Positions 17,858-30,405 of a stretch of DNA of 64,000 nucleotides are shown here, in pieces. Every line of letters begins with the position of its first letter. Position 1 is the stretch's first letter. The stretch is from the human T2T-CHM13v2.0 reference genome, Homo sapiens. Both the position numbers and the translations under genes were made by a program. The DNA is taken from assembly GCF_009914755.1 (NCBI RefSeq), contig NC_060932.1, one strand, 5' to 3'. Below the pieces are notes generated by a model. That model saw only the letters and a list, made by a program, of their open reading frames with translations, had not been told where the DNA came from and did not search any database.

Positions 17858-19859
17858 TATAATTCTAAGAATTTATTGCAAAGAACTGATTTTTCTTTGC
17901 ACCAAACCCAGCCCAAATCTACTGAGTCTGAGTCTTTGCAAGCTGAGTGAGAGGTTTCTCTGAATTGGGCACTGTTCCAGCCCTTGCAGGGGAAGTGAAC
18001 TTGTGAAGAATTTGTTCTAATTTCCACATTGCTCGTTGCTGTTCACAGACTGGATGTAGAATTGTCCTGAAGCCCAGCGAGAGAACAAAGCTCTGATTAG
18101 AGCAAGCATCAGTGACTGGGCCTGGTAATGCAATGACGGGAGGCGGCCCAACACCAGCAAATGCTTGCTGCTGGTGGAAAAAGAGCCTCCTTAGCACTTA
18201 GCAGGCTTTGTTTGCAACTGCAGGCCAAGAGAAAAGCAAGCAAACAGAAAAGGGGAGAAAAAGGAAAATGGAGATTTGCTATTTTTGGGCACCTCTGTTG
18301 TTATGTTATTTGAGGCATGTTGTTTTTCATTTTCGATGACTTTTTAAATTGTTCTGTTTGTTTCTATGATCAGGGTGATTGGATAGTTTAGCTCATAGCA
18401 TCTGATGGAATTTGTATTTTTCTCTTGATGAGAAGGCAGCTCTCATTAGCATTAATGACAATTCCACATTGTTTTTCTCTCAATTTGCCAACTGCTTTTT
18501 TCTTTTGGAAAATGGATGTATTTTTCTCTCTCTCCCAAAACATCTCCAGTCTTAAGCATTAAGTGGATTGAAAAATGTGCTTTTAATGCCTATTCCGCCA
18601 TAGCTTCCAAGTATTTGCAGGTTTTATCTTTGTGCAAGTTACTTAGAGCACATATGGAAGTAAGTGATAAAAAGTGTATTAAGAATGTAAATTCTTTAGT
18701 GGAATGCTTAATCTGTCCTTCAATAAGAAAAAATACACATTTGCAACAAACTCTTTGAATGTGTATTTAAGTGTCCATGTTTGTGTGTGTGTGTGTGTAT
18801 GTGTGTTTCCCTGCATCTGTTGTAGACTCATGGGGTTATTTTAGTATAATTTGTAATTGTCCTTGTTTGGAAATCAATACAGAGTAACAAGACATATTTC
18901 CTCTAGCTAATAGTAATTCTTTAAATGGAAAGTACCTTTGGCCATTGTTTCATTTTTAGAGGTTTAAATTATTTTAGTATGATTAATGAGAGCAGCAGTT
19001 CCTTGACATTCTTAATCACTATATCCTGTTAGTTTAAGATCTCACTTTGCTCCCAATTTATGGCTAAATGCTCTAACTACAGTTAGATGTAACACAAATA
19101 TTTCTTGTACTTTACTATGAAAGAATTAGGAAATGGTAGTTTTGATCATACCAGTATCCCCATGGAGATGAGATAAAAAATAAAGTACAAGTCTACTCGG
19201 TTTGTCATTTTGCTTAATTTCAGTTTCATTGACTAATCTGGAATTGTTTTATAGTTTATTTGGAACTCAAAGAAGCCTAGTATATAAACCCATAACTGTC
19301 AGACTCCCAAGGGCCCAAATACTAGAAAAACTCTCCCCCAACTTTTGCTCCCTCATCCTCTTTTTTTTTTTTTTTTTTAACATGGCTGCCCCTACTAAGG
19401 ATGCCAAAATAAAGCAGACAAAAATGGCTGTTCAGGTTGTTTCCAGGATCACTTGTGCCATCTGCCCTTTGCTTCTCTCCCTGGTTTTTTATTCTTGGAA
19501 CCATAATTTGGTGGTGTATTTCGAGTCCCCTCCCTGACCCTCTGGACTCAGCTTTACATATTGCTCTGACTAGTTTCTCTGAAAATGTCAAACAGAAGAT
19601 TCCCTGTCTTCCTGCTCTGATGACCGCATTTTCCTCCTGAATTACTGTAAAAGCCCAAATTAATCTTCAGTCTTGCCATTCTCCTCTCCATTACTTCCAA
19701 TCATCCAGAAAGGTCTTCTTAAAACTCAAATTTCAACCCATCATTCTCTACTTTCCATCTCTTTGCCCGGAGCTCCTTTGGGAAAGGACAGAAGCCCAAT
19801 TTATGGCTCCAGACACAACCTTTACCATGACTCACTTCACACACCATGTTCTAATCCAG

Positions 19860-20042
19860 AGACTTCAGGGTGGGGTCCCCTGGCTAGCAGCGTCAGTGAC
19901 ACCTGGGAACTTGTTAGCAATGTGGATTTCTTAGGGCTTACCCTAGACCTGAATCAGGAACTCTGGGATAAAGCCCAAAAATCAGTGTTTTAACATGCCC
20001 TTTGTGGGGTTCTGATACGGCTCAAGCTTGAGAACAACTGCT
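19860..20042. mobile_element. MER5A (hAT-Charlie MITE)
   Basis: cagcgtcagtgacacctgggaacttgttag...tgttttaaca...caagcttgagaacaactg. Confidence 0.8.
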
Positions 20043-21159
20043 GTCATCTCAGTACTTGCAGTTCTAATGCATGCTCTCTCTTCCCACTTTCGGAATAGCT
20101 CTCACCCTTCCCACCACATTGTCACCACTGGCCAACTCCTGCTTGTCCTTCAGTATGAGATACAACCTCCTTTGAGTGTTCTTTAAATCCCCAAACTAGG
20201 TCCAACAGTTCTTTGTGTGTCCATGCAAACCCTGTGTTACCTTTATAGGCTAGTCCTTGCCACATAAAGGCCCGCACATTTCTCTGTCATTCTGCATCCT
20301 CGCTCAAGACTACAAGTACTTTAAGAGCAGGCAGTAAGATATAGTTCACAAAATCCCTTTTTATCTCAGCTGAGCAAATGCCTGGAGCAAAATAGGTCAG
20401 TTAAGTGTCAAATGTTTATCGGATAAATAAGTTACCTATTTGCTTTTCATTACCTTCTAATTGATATTTAGAATGAGCAACATTATTTCATGTATGCATA
20501 TGATGTTTGTCTGGTTTGATTTCAAGATTGAAAAAAATTCCTTAAGGGCAGAAGTCTTTTTTTTTTTTTTCCTTCGGTATGTCTTCCCTTTCTCTCAATA
20601 CTGCTAAAGCACAGTCTTCTGCATGTGGGATTTTATTTCAAAGCGTTATTTGAAATGGCATACCAGCATCTGGTTACTTAGCATACTCTGGAGGACAATG
20701 AGGGTGTGGGTAGGATGGTGTCTCCAACTAGGGTATTGTTAAATGAAACCTTTATGTATTTTTCTTAATGCAAGTTAATGTATATATGTTGATGGTTAAT
20801 ATGCAAAGTCTTTTGGACTTTTCCTGGGAAACTGAACTTACGTATTTATCTGGATTTTGAAAGCATGCTCTCCCATTGCCAAGCCTATAGTCTTTTTATG
20901 TAAGTAAAATAATTTATTCCAGAAAAAAAATCTTGACAGATAATCAAGATCTATGAAATTCCCTTAAATCATTGAAGGATTTCTACCAAAAATATTCTAT
21001 CCCAAATAGCCCACCCATGGGTAACTAAAAGAGTAAACAGAGAAGTGTGAAAGGTCTATAACAGTTTCCAGGTTTATACTTGGCAAATGCTTAGGGATGA
21101 GTTGAGTCAGAGTCCCATCTTATGAAACAGCTTCTTAAACTCTATTTCAGAGATGGAGT

Positions 21160-21425
21160 AATGGTGAAGTTTCTATGTCAATTGAATCGGCTGAGGATGC
21201 CCACATAGCTGGTGAGACATTATTTCTGGGTGTGTCTGTGAGGTGTTTCCTAAAGAGATTGGTATTTGAGTCAGTAGACTGAGAAAAGATGATCCACTCT
21301 CGCCAGTGTGGGAGGGCTCCTGCAATCCACTAAATGGAATAAAAAGGCAGAGGAAAGATGAATTCTTGGTCTCTTCTGGAGCTGGAACATCCATCTTCTC
21401 CTGCCCCCGGATATCAGAGCTCCTG
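21160..21425 (+). mobile_element. MLT2 LTR, partial
   Basis: tatgtcaattgaatcggctgaggatgcccacatagctggtgagacattatttctgggtgtgtctgtgagg. Confidence 0.75.
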
Positions 21426-22139
21426 GCAAAGTGCCTGATATGGTGAAGATGTGCGGTCACAATAGATGTTATTAATTAGGTATGGTTCTACCTCTGCCAA
21501 TGCTTAAGTGCCTAACTTTAGGAAAGCCACTTAAACTGCTGTTATCACCAGCCAAACCTGGGGTCTGCAGCCTCCACAGTAACCACAGTGGTGAGGCTCT
21601 TGGGAGATGTGAAGAGTCCTTCGGTAAGAAAATCAACTATTTTCAGGCTGGCCTATGCCTGTAGGGAAATGTCTACTGTGTGTGGCTATTATTTTTTTTG
21701 AGTGATTCACTCTTTAAAAATAGGTTGCCTGGGGCAAGTAGGGGAAGAGACGAAAGCACACATTTTCACAAAGTTTGAAAAACACTTAGTTCCACAGCTC
21801 TAGGCACACCCGCTAACGCAGTTGTTAAAAATGGTACTTGATGTTGTAGCCCTTGGCCTAGAGCCTCCAACTTGCTATGGGCAGGTTGAGCATAATACAG
21901 GAAATACTTTATTCAAGAGAAGTTAATGTATCTTTTCTTCAGGCAGCACCATCTGTGTCAAATCTAAATCATTCTTAAAAATCTACATCATACTACGTTT
22001 GTTATGTTTCAAGTGTAAAGGAATAGATTGCCTTTTGTTTGGGCTGCAGGATGAGTATATGTTATTGAATCAATGGTTAAACAAATGCCAAGTCATGCAT
22101 CCTACCTCTCAAACCCTCCCGGTGGCACCCCACCTTACT

Positions 22140-22640
22140 TAAGCCCTCAGTCTGATCCACAGAGGCCTGCACAACAGGCCCTGTTTTTTGCCCTGGCCTC
22201 ATCTCCTGCTCTCCTTCTCTTCCTTGTACGGTTTCCCACACACAAACTCCTGCCTCTAGGCCCAAACACTCACTCCACATCTCCTTACGAGGCTCTTCTT
22301 AGCCCAGATATCTTCATGCTTGCTTTCTTCACTTTCTTAAGGTCTTCACGAGACTGTCATCCCCTCATTGTGGACTACTCCCGCTACCCTTTTTGCTACT
22401 GCAACCCTTGCATGCCTTCCCCCTCCCCTCATTTATTTATTTCTCCTTAGTAATTATTATGAAATAATATTCTACATTTTTTACTTATTTATCGTGTTAA
22501 TTGCCTCTTGTGACGTTCATGAGGGCAGGTTTTGGAATTTTTTAAAAATTCAATTTATTTACTACTTATAAAGTATTTAAAATAGGGCCTGGCTCAGATC
22601 AGGTTCTCAATACATTTTTATTGAATGAATGAATGAATGT
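22140..22640 (+). mobile_element. L2 3' end with (GAAT)n tail
   Basis: ttcatgagggcagg...cctggctcagatcaggttctcaatac...ttgaatgaatgaatgaatg. Confidence 0.6.
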
Positions 22641-24415
22641 TGATGGTCTGATCAAGGAGAAACAATTCATTGGGCCAAACTAACAGAAATTAGAGCATAA
22701 GCTCTCTGAGGAAAAGACTACATTTCGATCATTCTTTATTGCCTACACAAAGCTTTACAAAGTGCCTACAATATAGTGGGCATGCCATAGTTATCTTATG
22801 AATGAATGAATGAATGAGGTAAGCCACCTAATTGCCACAGTGTGTCCTGGAATAAAACATCATCCTCAGAGCAATTGGTTTCTTATTGTAATTGGGCTAC
22901 CAATTTTGTTTTAGGAACTTAAATAAATTCCTTATTTCTGAGTCTCAGTCTTGGCATTTTTAAAAGGGAGCAACATTATTTTTGAGAATAATGGAATTGA
23001 AAGAGCTAAACCATATGCGGTGTCTGGCAAATAGTAAAATTTTAATAAATAATACGTTATCTTTTCTCCTCTTTTAAAATCCCCTGTAGCTCTAAAATGA
23101 GTCCTATGATCCAATTTACACTTACATTGTTCTCTTTGAGAAAGAATTTAAAATTTAAAATTTCAACTACAACATCTGTAACAATAAAACAAATGGTAGG
23201 TTCGTATTCTCTTCAAGTTCCTCCCTAAACTTCAAACTACACCTGTACAGGAAGCATTATAGTACATAAACAAAGTCTTAATCATTGACTACCATCAAAA
23301 AAGAGAAAAAGGAAAAAAAAAATCTACAACTTCCACGGGAAATTCCAAGCACAAATTCTCACAGTCGCTTCTATTCACTTGTTGTTACTTCTTTGACCAT
23401 TGTTTTAACTGTGGTACAAACAGAGACATGTTTTACAGTATTTTTATCTCCTTAAAGCAAAGCACTATTGCTGCATGCCAATCCTGATAATTGCAATACT
23501 TGCCCTAGATAGCCAGGTTGAATTAAGCTAGGGAACCTGGAAAGTCAAAGATTAAATTTAGAAAGTTAAATTTAAAGCGATTTTTTTTTATTCCAAGTGT
23601 CATAAAGTATGCATGTAGTTCCTCATGTGTAGCCCTAGAAATCAGTCCTTCTTGGAAGGCATGCTTCATTGACTTTTATCTACCTAGGCCTGGGGCAGAT
23701 AGGAATATCATCTTATAAAATTAATAGCATTATGATTATAATTTTTCTTCTTATCAGGAGTAAAAGATTTGTAAGAGGAAGTGTTTTAAAGGAATCTTGA
23801 TAAGGGAACTAATATAATACTTCAGAGAGATTTCTGAATTTATCCCAATTGTAAATTTGTCCTATTTATCTAAATTCCTGGAATTTATTTATGCTTTGTG
23901 CTGATCAGCTTTTGACTCATTTATCTCATTAGTCCTTCTTTGTTAAACTTTAATTAAGTTTTAAGAGAGTCTATGGTTAGAGAACACCACTAATTGTAGT
24001 GTGGCATCATTTGTTTTCTGAGTTGGTAAAATTATCTCTGTTTTCTTCATTTTTAGTTATTTTTTTGACGCTCTTCAAAGTGGTTGAAACTTTAAACAAA
24101 TTGTTTTTTAAGTAAATAGGGTAATTTACAATTGGAATAAGTGGAAATATCTTCAGAATGTCATACGTACTGTTGGTGTTATTTCCTTTGTATGATTATG
24201 ATTTATTTAGATCTTATTTTAATCATGATCTATAAAGATTGGTTTTTAAAGAGCTTGTATTGTAACACAGTTTTGGGTTTTTCCTGTTCTAGTCAAATAG
24301 AATGGCTTCTCAGTTCCAGGCAAACTAACTTTGAGTTTAATGTGACAACATTTTGTTGAGTGCATGCTTTGGTCAAGATAACACATAGATTCTCTCATCG
24401 TTAAGAGATTTTACT

Positions 24416-25430
24416 GTGTGGACATCTCATGATGTGAACGGCATACTCACTGCTAAAGGAGACTTGTGGCTGTCAGACAACCATTTACTTAAATATCAGG
24501 CTCTATTCCTTGAAGGGCCAGTGCTGCGACTGTGCACTTGTGCAACTCTTAACCCAGCCACATTTCTTTCAGACAATGAAGAAAAGATAGAACATAACTG
24601 TCAACAAGTAATTGCTCAAACCTACGTCACTCGAGGGGACGTTCTAGAGGTTCCCTTGACTGATCCTGACCTCAACTTGTGTACTGATGGAAGTTCCTTT
24701 GTAGAAAAAGGACTTCGAAAAGCAGGTTATGCATGGTCAATGATAATGGAATACTTGAAAGTAATCCCCTCACTCCAGAAACTAGCGCTCAGCTGGCAGA
24801 ACTAATAGCCCTCACTCGGGCACTAGAATTAGGAGAAGGAAAAAGGGTAAATATATATATATATATATATACAGACTCTAAGTTTGCTTACATAGTCCTC
24901 CATGCCCGTGCAGCAATATGGAGAGAAAGGGAATTCCTAACTTCTGAGGGAACACCTGTCAAACATCAGGAAGCCATTAGGAGATTATTATTGGTGGTAC
25001 AGAAACCTAAAGAGTCTTACACTGCCAGGGTCATCAGAAAGGAAAGGGAAATAGAAGGGAACTGCCAAGCTGATATTGAAGCAAAAAGAGCCATAAGGCA
25101 GGACCCTCCATTAGAAATGCTTATAGAAGGACCCCTAATACGGGGTAATCCCCTCCAGGAAACCAAGCCCCAGTACACAGCAGAAGAAATAGAATGCGGA
25201 ACCTCACGAGGACATAGTTTCTTCCTCTCAGGATGGCTAGCCACAGAAGAAGGAAAAATACTTTTGCCTGCAGCTAACCAATAGAAATTACTTAAAACCC
25301 TTCACCAAACCTTTCACTTAGGCATTGATAGCACCCATCAGATGGCCAAATTATTATTTACTGGACCAGGCCTTTTCAAAACTATCAAGCAGATAGTCAG
25401 GGACTGTGAAGTGTGCCAAAGAAATAATCC
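24416..25430 (+). pseudogene. HERV-W pol remnant (RT connection, RNase H, IN zinc finger), frameshifted
   Basis: ORFs 24416-24805 and 24733-25284; stop at 25282-25284; HQTFH...CEVC motif downstream. Confidence 0.88.
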
Positions 25431-25749
25431 CCTACATTATAGGCCATACATTTCAATCCTTGTATCTTTAATCTCCTTGTTAAGTTTGTCTCTTCCAGAA
25501 TCGAAGCTGTAAAACTACAAATTGTTCTTCAAATGGAACCCCAGATGCAGTCCATGACTAAGATCTACCACGGACCCCTGGACCGGCCTGCTAGCCCATG
25601 ATCCAATGTTAATGACATTGAAGTCACCCCTCCTGAGGAAATCTCAACTGCGCAACCCTTACTATGCCCCAATTCAGCAGGAAGCAGTTACAGCGGTCAT
25701 CGGCCAACCTCCACAACAGCACTTGGGTTTTCCTGTTGAGAGGGGGTAC

Positions 25750-26075
25750 TGAGAGACAGGACTAGCTGGATTTCCTAGGCCGACTAAGAATCCCTAAGCC
25801 TAGCTGGGAAGGTGACCGCATCCACCTTTAAACATGGGGCTTGCAACTTAGCTCACACCTGACCAACCAGGTAGTAAAGAGAGCTCGCTAAAATGCTAAT
25901 TAGGCAAAAACAGGAGGTAAAGAAATAGCCAATCATCTATTGCCTGAGAGCACAGTGGGAGGGACAATGATCAGGATATAAACCCAGGCATTCGAGCCGG
26001 CAACGGCTACCCTCTTTGGGTCCCCTCCCTTTGTATGGGGGCTCTGTTTTCACTCTATTAAATCTTGCAACTGCA
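25750..26075 (+). mobile_element. LTR17 (U3-R only) with CCAAT 25929, TATAAA 25977 and ATTAAA poly(A) signal 26057-26062
   Basis: TG start after polypurine tract gagagggggtac; matches HERV-W LTR text. Confidence 0.9.
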
Positions 26076-26099
26076 AAAAATAAAAAATAAAAAAAGTGA

Positions 26100-26405
<306 letters not shown>

Positions 26406-26629
26406 TTAAAGTGATTCTTGATCTCCATTCAGATCTAGAGGAAAAAAAATAACCACATGGTATTCATTTTTAAGATCCCTTAGTATTGATTTTTTTCTCT
26501 CAATAGCCCTTTGCCTAACATGCTTGGCTGCCTGAAGCTGTTTGGAGAAAGCTATGGTATTTAGAGAATTATGATTGTGGTAATATGTCTAACATTTTCA
26601 TTTCTTTATTCCATAAATATTTACTCTGC

Positions 26630-27020
26630 ACTGCTTCAGCTATCTATTGCTGAATAACAAGCCACCCCAAAACTTAGTGGCTTAAAATAACTGTAATCTT
26701 ATTGTTTTTCAGGATTCTGTGGGTTGGCTGGGGCTCCACTGGACAGTTGTTCTACTAGTCTTGCTTGGAGTCACCCATGAGGTTACAGGCACGTGGCAGG
26801 TAGGGCTGAATTATTGAAGATGGCTTCTTCATTCACATGTTTGGCACCACAGGGTTCCTACATATGGCTTCTCTTTCCATTGGGCAGGCTAGATTTCTTA
26901 CATTGTGGCTCAGGGCTTTGAGACGCAGTTAATGGAAGCTGCCACTCTTTTTTAGGTCTGGTCTCAAAGCTTCAAGATATTACTTCCACTGTATTCTATT
27001 GGTCACAGCCAATCACGGAT
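26630..27020 (-). mobile_element. MLT1 (MaLR) LTR, old subfamily
   Basis: attgctgaataacaagccaccccaaaacttagtggcttaaaataac...acttccactgtattctattggtc. Confidence 0.7.
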
Positions 27021-27049
27021 AAAAACATTTAAAAAAGATTTTGAAGGAA

Positions 27050-29070
27050 GGAGAAGAGTGTTTTCTTTCAGAGGTTAGAGAGCTTAATAAGACATCACTT
27101 CCACTCTTATAATAAGACAAAAGCAGGACAAATTGCAAACTAATGACATTTTTGTGGACCCTTTAGAGATCTGAGGTCACTGGGAAAACAACTACTTAAA
27201 ATCTGGAGAGAGATGAGTACCTTCAGGGAGAACTAAAACTTGAGCATTTGTTTACCTGGGACACACACTACTAAATACCATATTAGCTGGTAAGAAGATT
27301 CAGCTAGCCACTTTTGATAAGTTGCTAGAGGCCAAGTATTAGCTAGAATGGAAGCATGAAGACCCTGGAGATTACAGACATGGAGGGATTGCATCCTCTT
27401 GCAGGCTTTCCCTCCAAGATTTCTACCAGGCGCTCATAGGGAAGACTAGGCGGAATCCTGAAAAAACCTCCTTCAGGTGCTTGCTGATGCAGGGAGTATC
27501 AACTACTGCCACAGCTCTTCCCAGATAGATCTCCCCTAGACCCTTTATGGCACAAAGTCCTTAATCTATAGGGGAAAGGGTGATAAAAATTGTAACATGG
27601 GGGTACTCACTGTAACATGAAAACTCACTGTAGTTAGAGAGGGAAACAAGAAAAAAATACCAATGGAGAAGGGCAAGAATATGTGCTAGGCCCAGCATTA
27701 CATCTGAAGAAGATGCAGGGATACTTTCAAAGGGCATACTTCTGAGACCCAGGTTCACACCACCTGCCTAAGACTGAGGCTTAATCACTGCATCAGAAAG
27801 AAACAACTCCCGCCCCCGCCCCCCACCCCCACCCCCGCCCTGATCATCACACTAACAAGTGTTGAGTAGAAATAACAGTGCAATGCACAGTGAAAAAACA
27901 GTACAAAGAGAAGACTCAAGACCAAGTAGGGGGCAGGTGTTGAGAAAACCCACTGGCCAATTAACCCATGCCATAAACAGAAGACACCACTAGAGGTATT
28001 TGAAGCTCTACTTCCCTGAGGGTAACCATAACAGTAATAAACTTCAAATGTAGCCCAGCTTCTGACTAGATTACACAAACTCCCACTCTTAAAGTCTAGC
28101 AGAAGGAAAGGCATGCTTAGCTGCAAACTTCAAAAATTATTTACTTCGGTATCTGGTATCTTATACAACATGACAGATTTCAACAAGAAACTTATGGGGT
28201 ATGCAAAATGGCAAGGAAAAAACCTGTCTGAAAAGAAAAAAAATTAACAGTCCTCACAACCAGACTCAGATATAAGACAAACATTGGAGCTACCAGAGAG
28301 AGAATTTAGAATAACTACAAGTTAATTTATTAAAGGCTCTAATGAAACAGAAACATACCAAGTCAGATATGCAATTTCAGCAGAGAGATAGAGACTATAA
28401 GAAAGAATCAAATGGAAATTCTGGAAGTAAAAAAAACAAAAAAATAGTCAAAGAGATGAAAAGTGACTTTGATGGACTTTTTAGCAGACTTTACATAGCC
28501 CAGAAGAGAATAAGTGAACTTGAAGATGGTCAGTAGAAATTATTCAAACTGGAACATAAAGAGAAAGAAAAGTGAAGACCCAAACAGAGCATCTTATAGC
28601 CATGTAATAATATTAAATGGTATAACATATGCATGCTTGGAATCCCAAAAGAAGAAGGAAGAGAGAATGGGGCATAAGAAATATTTAAAGAAATCGTGTC
28701 TGGAATACTTTCAAAATTACAGATATCAAACCATAGATCTAAGAGGCTCAGAGAAATCTATGACGAATGACTTTGTAAATAAACCTCTCAAACAAACAAA
28801 CAAAAATAAGCCAAGGCCCTCATATTTAAACTGCTGAAAATCACAAAGAGAAAATGTTGGGAGCAATCAGAGAAGACTCATTTACCAAGTAACAATAATA
28901 AAACTTATACAAAGTTTTATTATATAAAATAATAAAACAATAATAAAACCATGCAAGAAAGAAAACAGTGGAATAGCATCTTTAATGTGCTTGAGGGCAA
29001 TTCTATATCTAGTGGAAATATCCTTGAAAAGTGCGGGAGCAATAAAGGCATCCTCAGACAAAGGGAGAGT
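27050..29070 (+). mobile_element. Old L1M 5' UTR/ORF1 remnant
   Basis: ORF 28342-28536 (EMKSDFDGLFSRL...RISELED) resembles the L1 ORF1p coiled coil; catatttaaactgctgaaaa, acagtggaatagcatctttaatgtgct. Confidence 0.7.
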
Positions 29071-29628
29071 AAATCCATCTCACTTCTTCATTTGAGAAAT
29101 GGCATGTGCATTCAGGGAGAGAAGAAATTAGTTGCATGGTGCCCTTGGAAACTAGCTGTAACAAGTATCAATCATGTACAAGGTAATAATTAGGCTATTT
29201 GTAGTAAGTTCATGTTATCTCATTGGACCTAGTGTTTCTTATTTATAAAATGCTGGCATTGGCCTAGATGACATGATTTCTTAAAAATGCACCATTTGTT
29301 TTTCTCGTAGTAAATATACATTTCTGTTTATTCTTTACCAATCTAGAAATAGGTATTTCTTTGTACAATATATAAAAATAGCTTATTTTAAATTAAATAG
29401 ATAAATATGTTTAAGAAATTTTAGAGTGGTTAACTATATGTAATGACTGTGGCCAATTACAATCAATCTAAGGAAACTTAATCATCTATACATAAGCTGA
29501 TATCTATATGTCAATCAACAGTTCAAACGATTAACAGTGGTCAACAAAAAATTTTAATTTCAGAATTATGTTTATTATCTTTTAACTTTCATTTTCATCT
29601 CATAATACATTAAAAAAGAAAGATCCTG

Positions 29629-29945
29629 GGCTGGGCATGGTGGCTCACTCCTGTAATCTCAGCACTGGGAGACCGAGGCGGGCAGATCACCTGAGGTCAG
29701 GAGTTCGAGACCAGCCTCACCAACATGGCGAAACCCCAGCTCTACTAAAAACACAAAAAATTAGCTGGGCGCAGTGGCGCATGCATGTAATTCCAACTTA
29801 CTTGGGAGGCTGAGGCATGAAAACCGCTTGAACCCAGAAGACAGAGGTTGCATTGTGCTGAGATTGTGCCACTGCACTCCAACCTGGGTGACAGAGAGAG
29901 ACTCTATCTCAAAAAAAAAAAAAAGAAAAGAAAAAGAAAAAAAGA
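29629..29945 (+). mobile_element. AluS (Sx/Sz-like)
   Basis: full dimer, A/AAAG tail, TSD agaaagatcc. Confidence 0.95.
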
Positions 29946-30213
29946 GAAAGATCCCGGATATTCCAGTTCAATTCTGACTAATATATTGAGTCAATCTCTT
30001 CACTTTTTAAAATGCTAATAAAAATGATTGGAATCACTTCTAGATTTGGTACTCTTAAAATTATTGTATTGCCACTTATAAGGATATTTGTAATGTTTTG
30101 CAAACCATGACTAAGCTGTGCAATTTCTAAAGAGTTTGAGTCATGCCTAATACATTCGTATATATTCAGTCAATCATAACATGATAGTATATGTTAGATG
30201 TAGCATAGAATAT

Positions 30214-30405
30214 GCAGTTATTCTCAAATTTGAGCAGGCATTAAAATTACCCACAGATCTTGTTAAGAAATCAATTGCTGGGCCCTACCCTCAGATTTCT
30301 GGTTTAGTGGATCTGGGACAGGGCCTAGGAATTTGCATTTCTCACAAGTTCCCAGATAATGCTATTGCCTCAGGTCAGGGGACTGCTCTAAAAACTTTTT
30401 GTGTA
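30214..30405. mobile_element. MER5A-like MITE, followed by a MIR fragment to about 30600
   Basis: cagttattctcaaatttgagcaggcatt...gggcctaggaatttgcatttctcacaagttcccag. Confidence 0.75.

Larger units (their letters stand above)
24403..26095 (+). mobile_element. HERV-W (HERV17) processed pseudogene: 5'-truncated, pol RNase H/IN N-terminus + deleted env + U3-R of LTR17 + poly(A)
   Basis: pol motifs TDGSSFV, SAQLAELIALTRAL, YTDS and IN HHCC region; env C-terminus SSRIEAVKLQ...GPLDRPAS...PPEEIS...PNSAGSS (syncytin-1 paralogue); polypurine tract then tgagagacaggactagctggatttcc (LTR17) ending just after ATTAAA, followed by an A tail with no U5. Confidence 0.93.
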
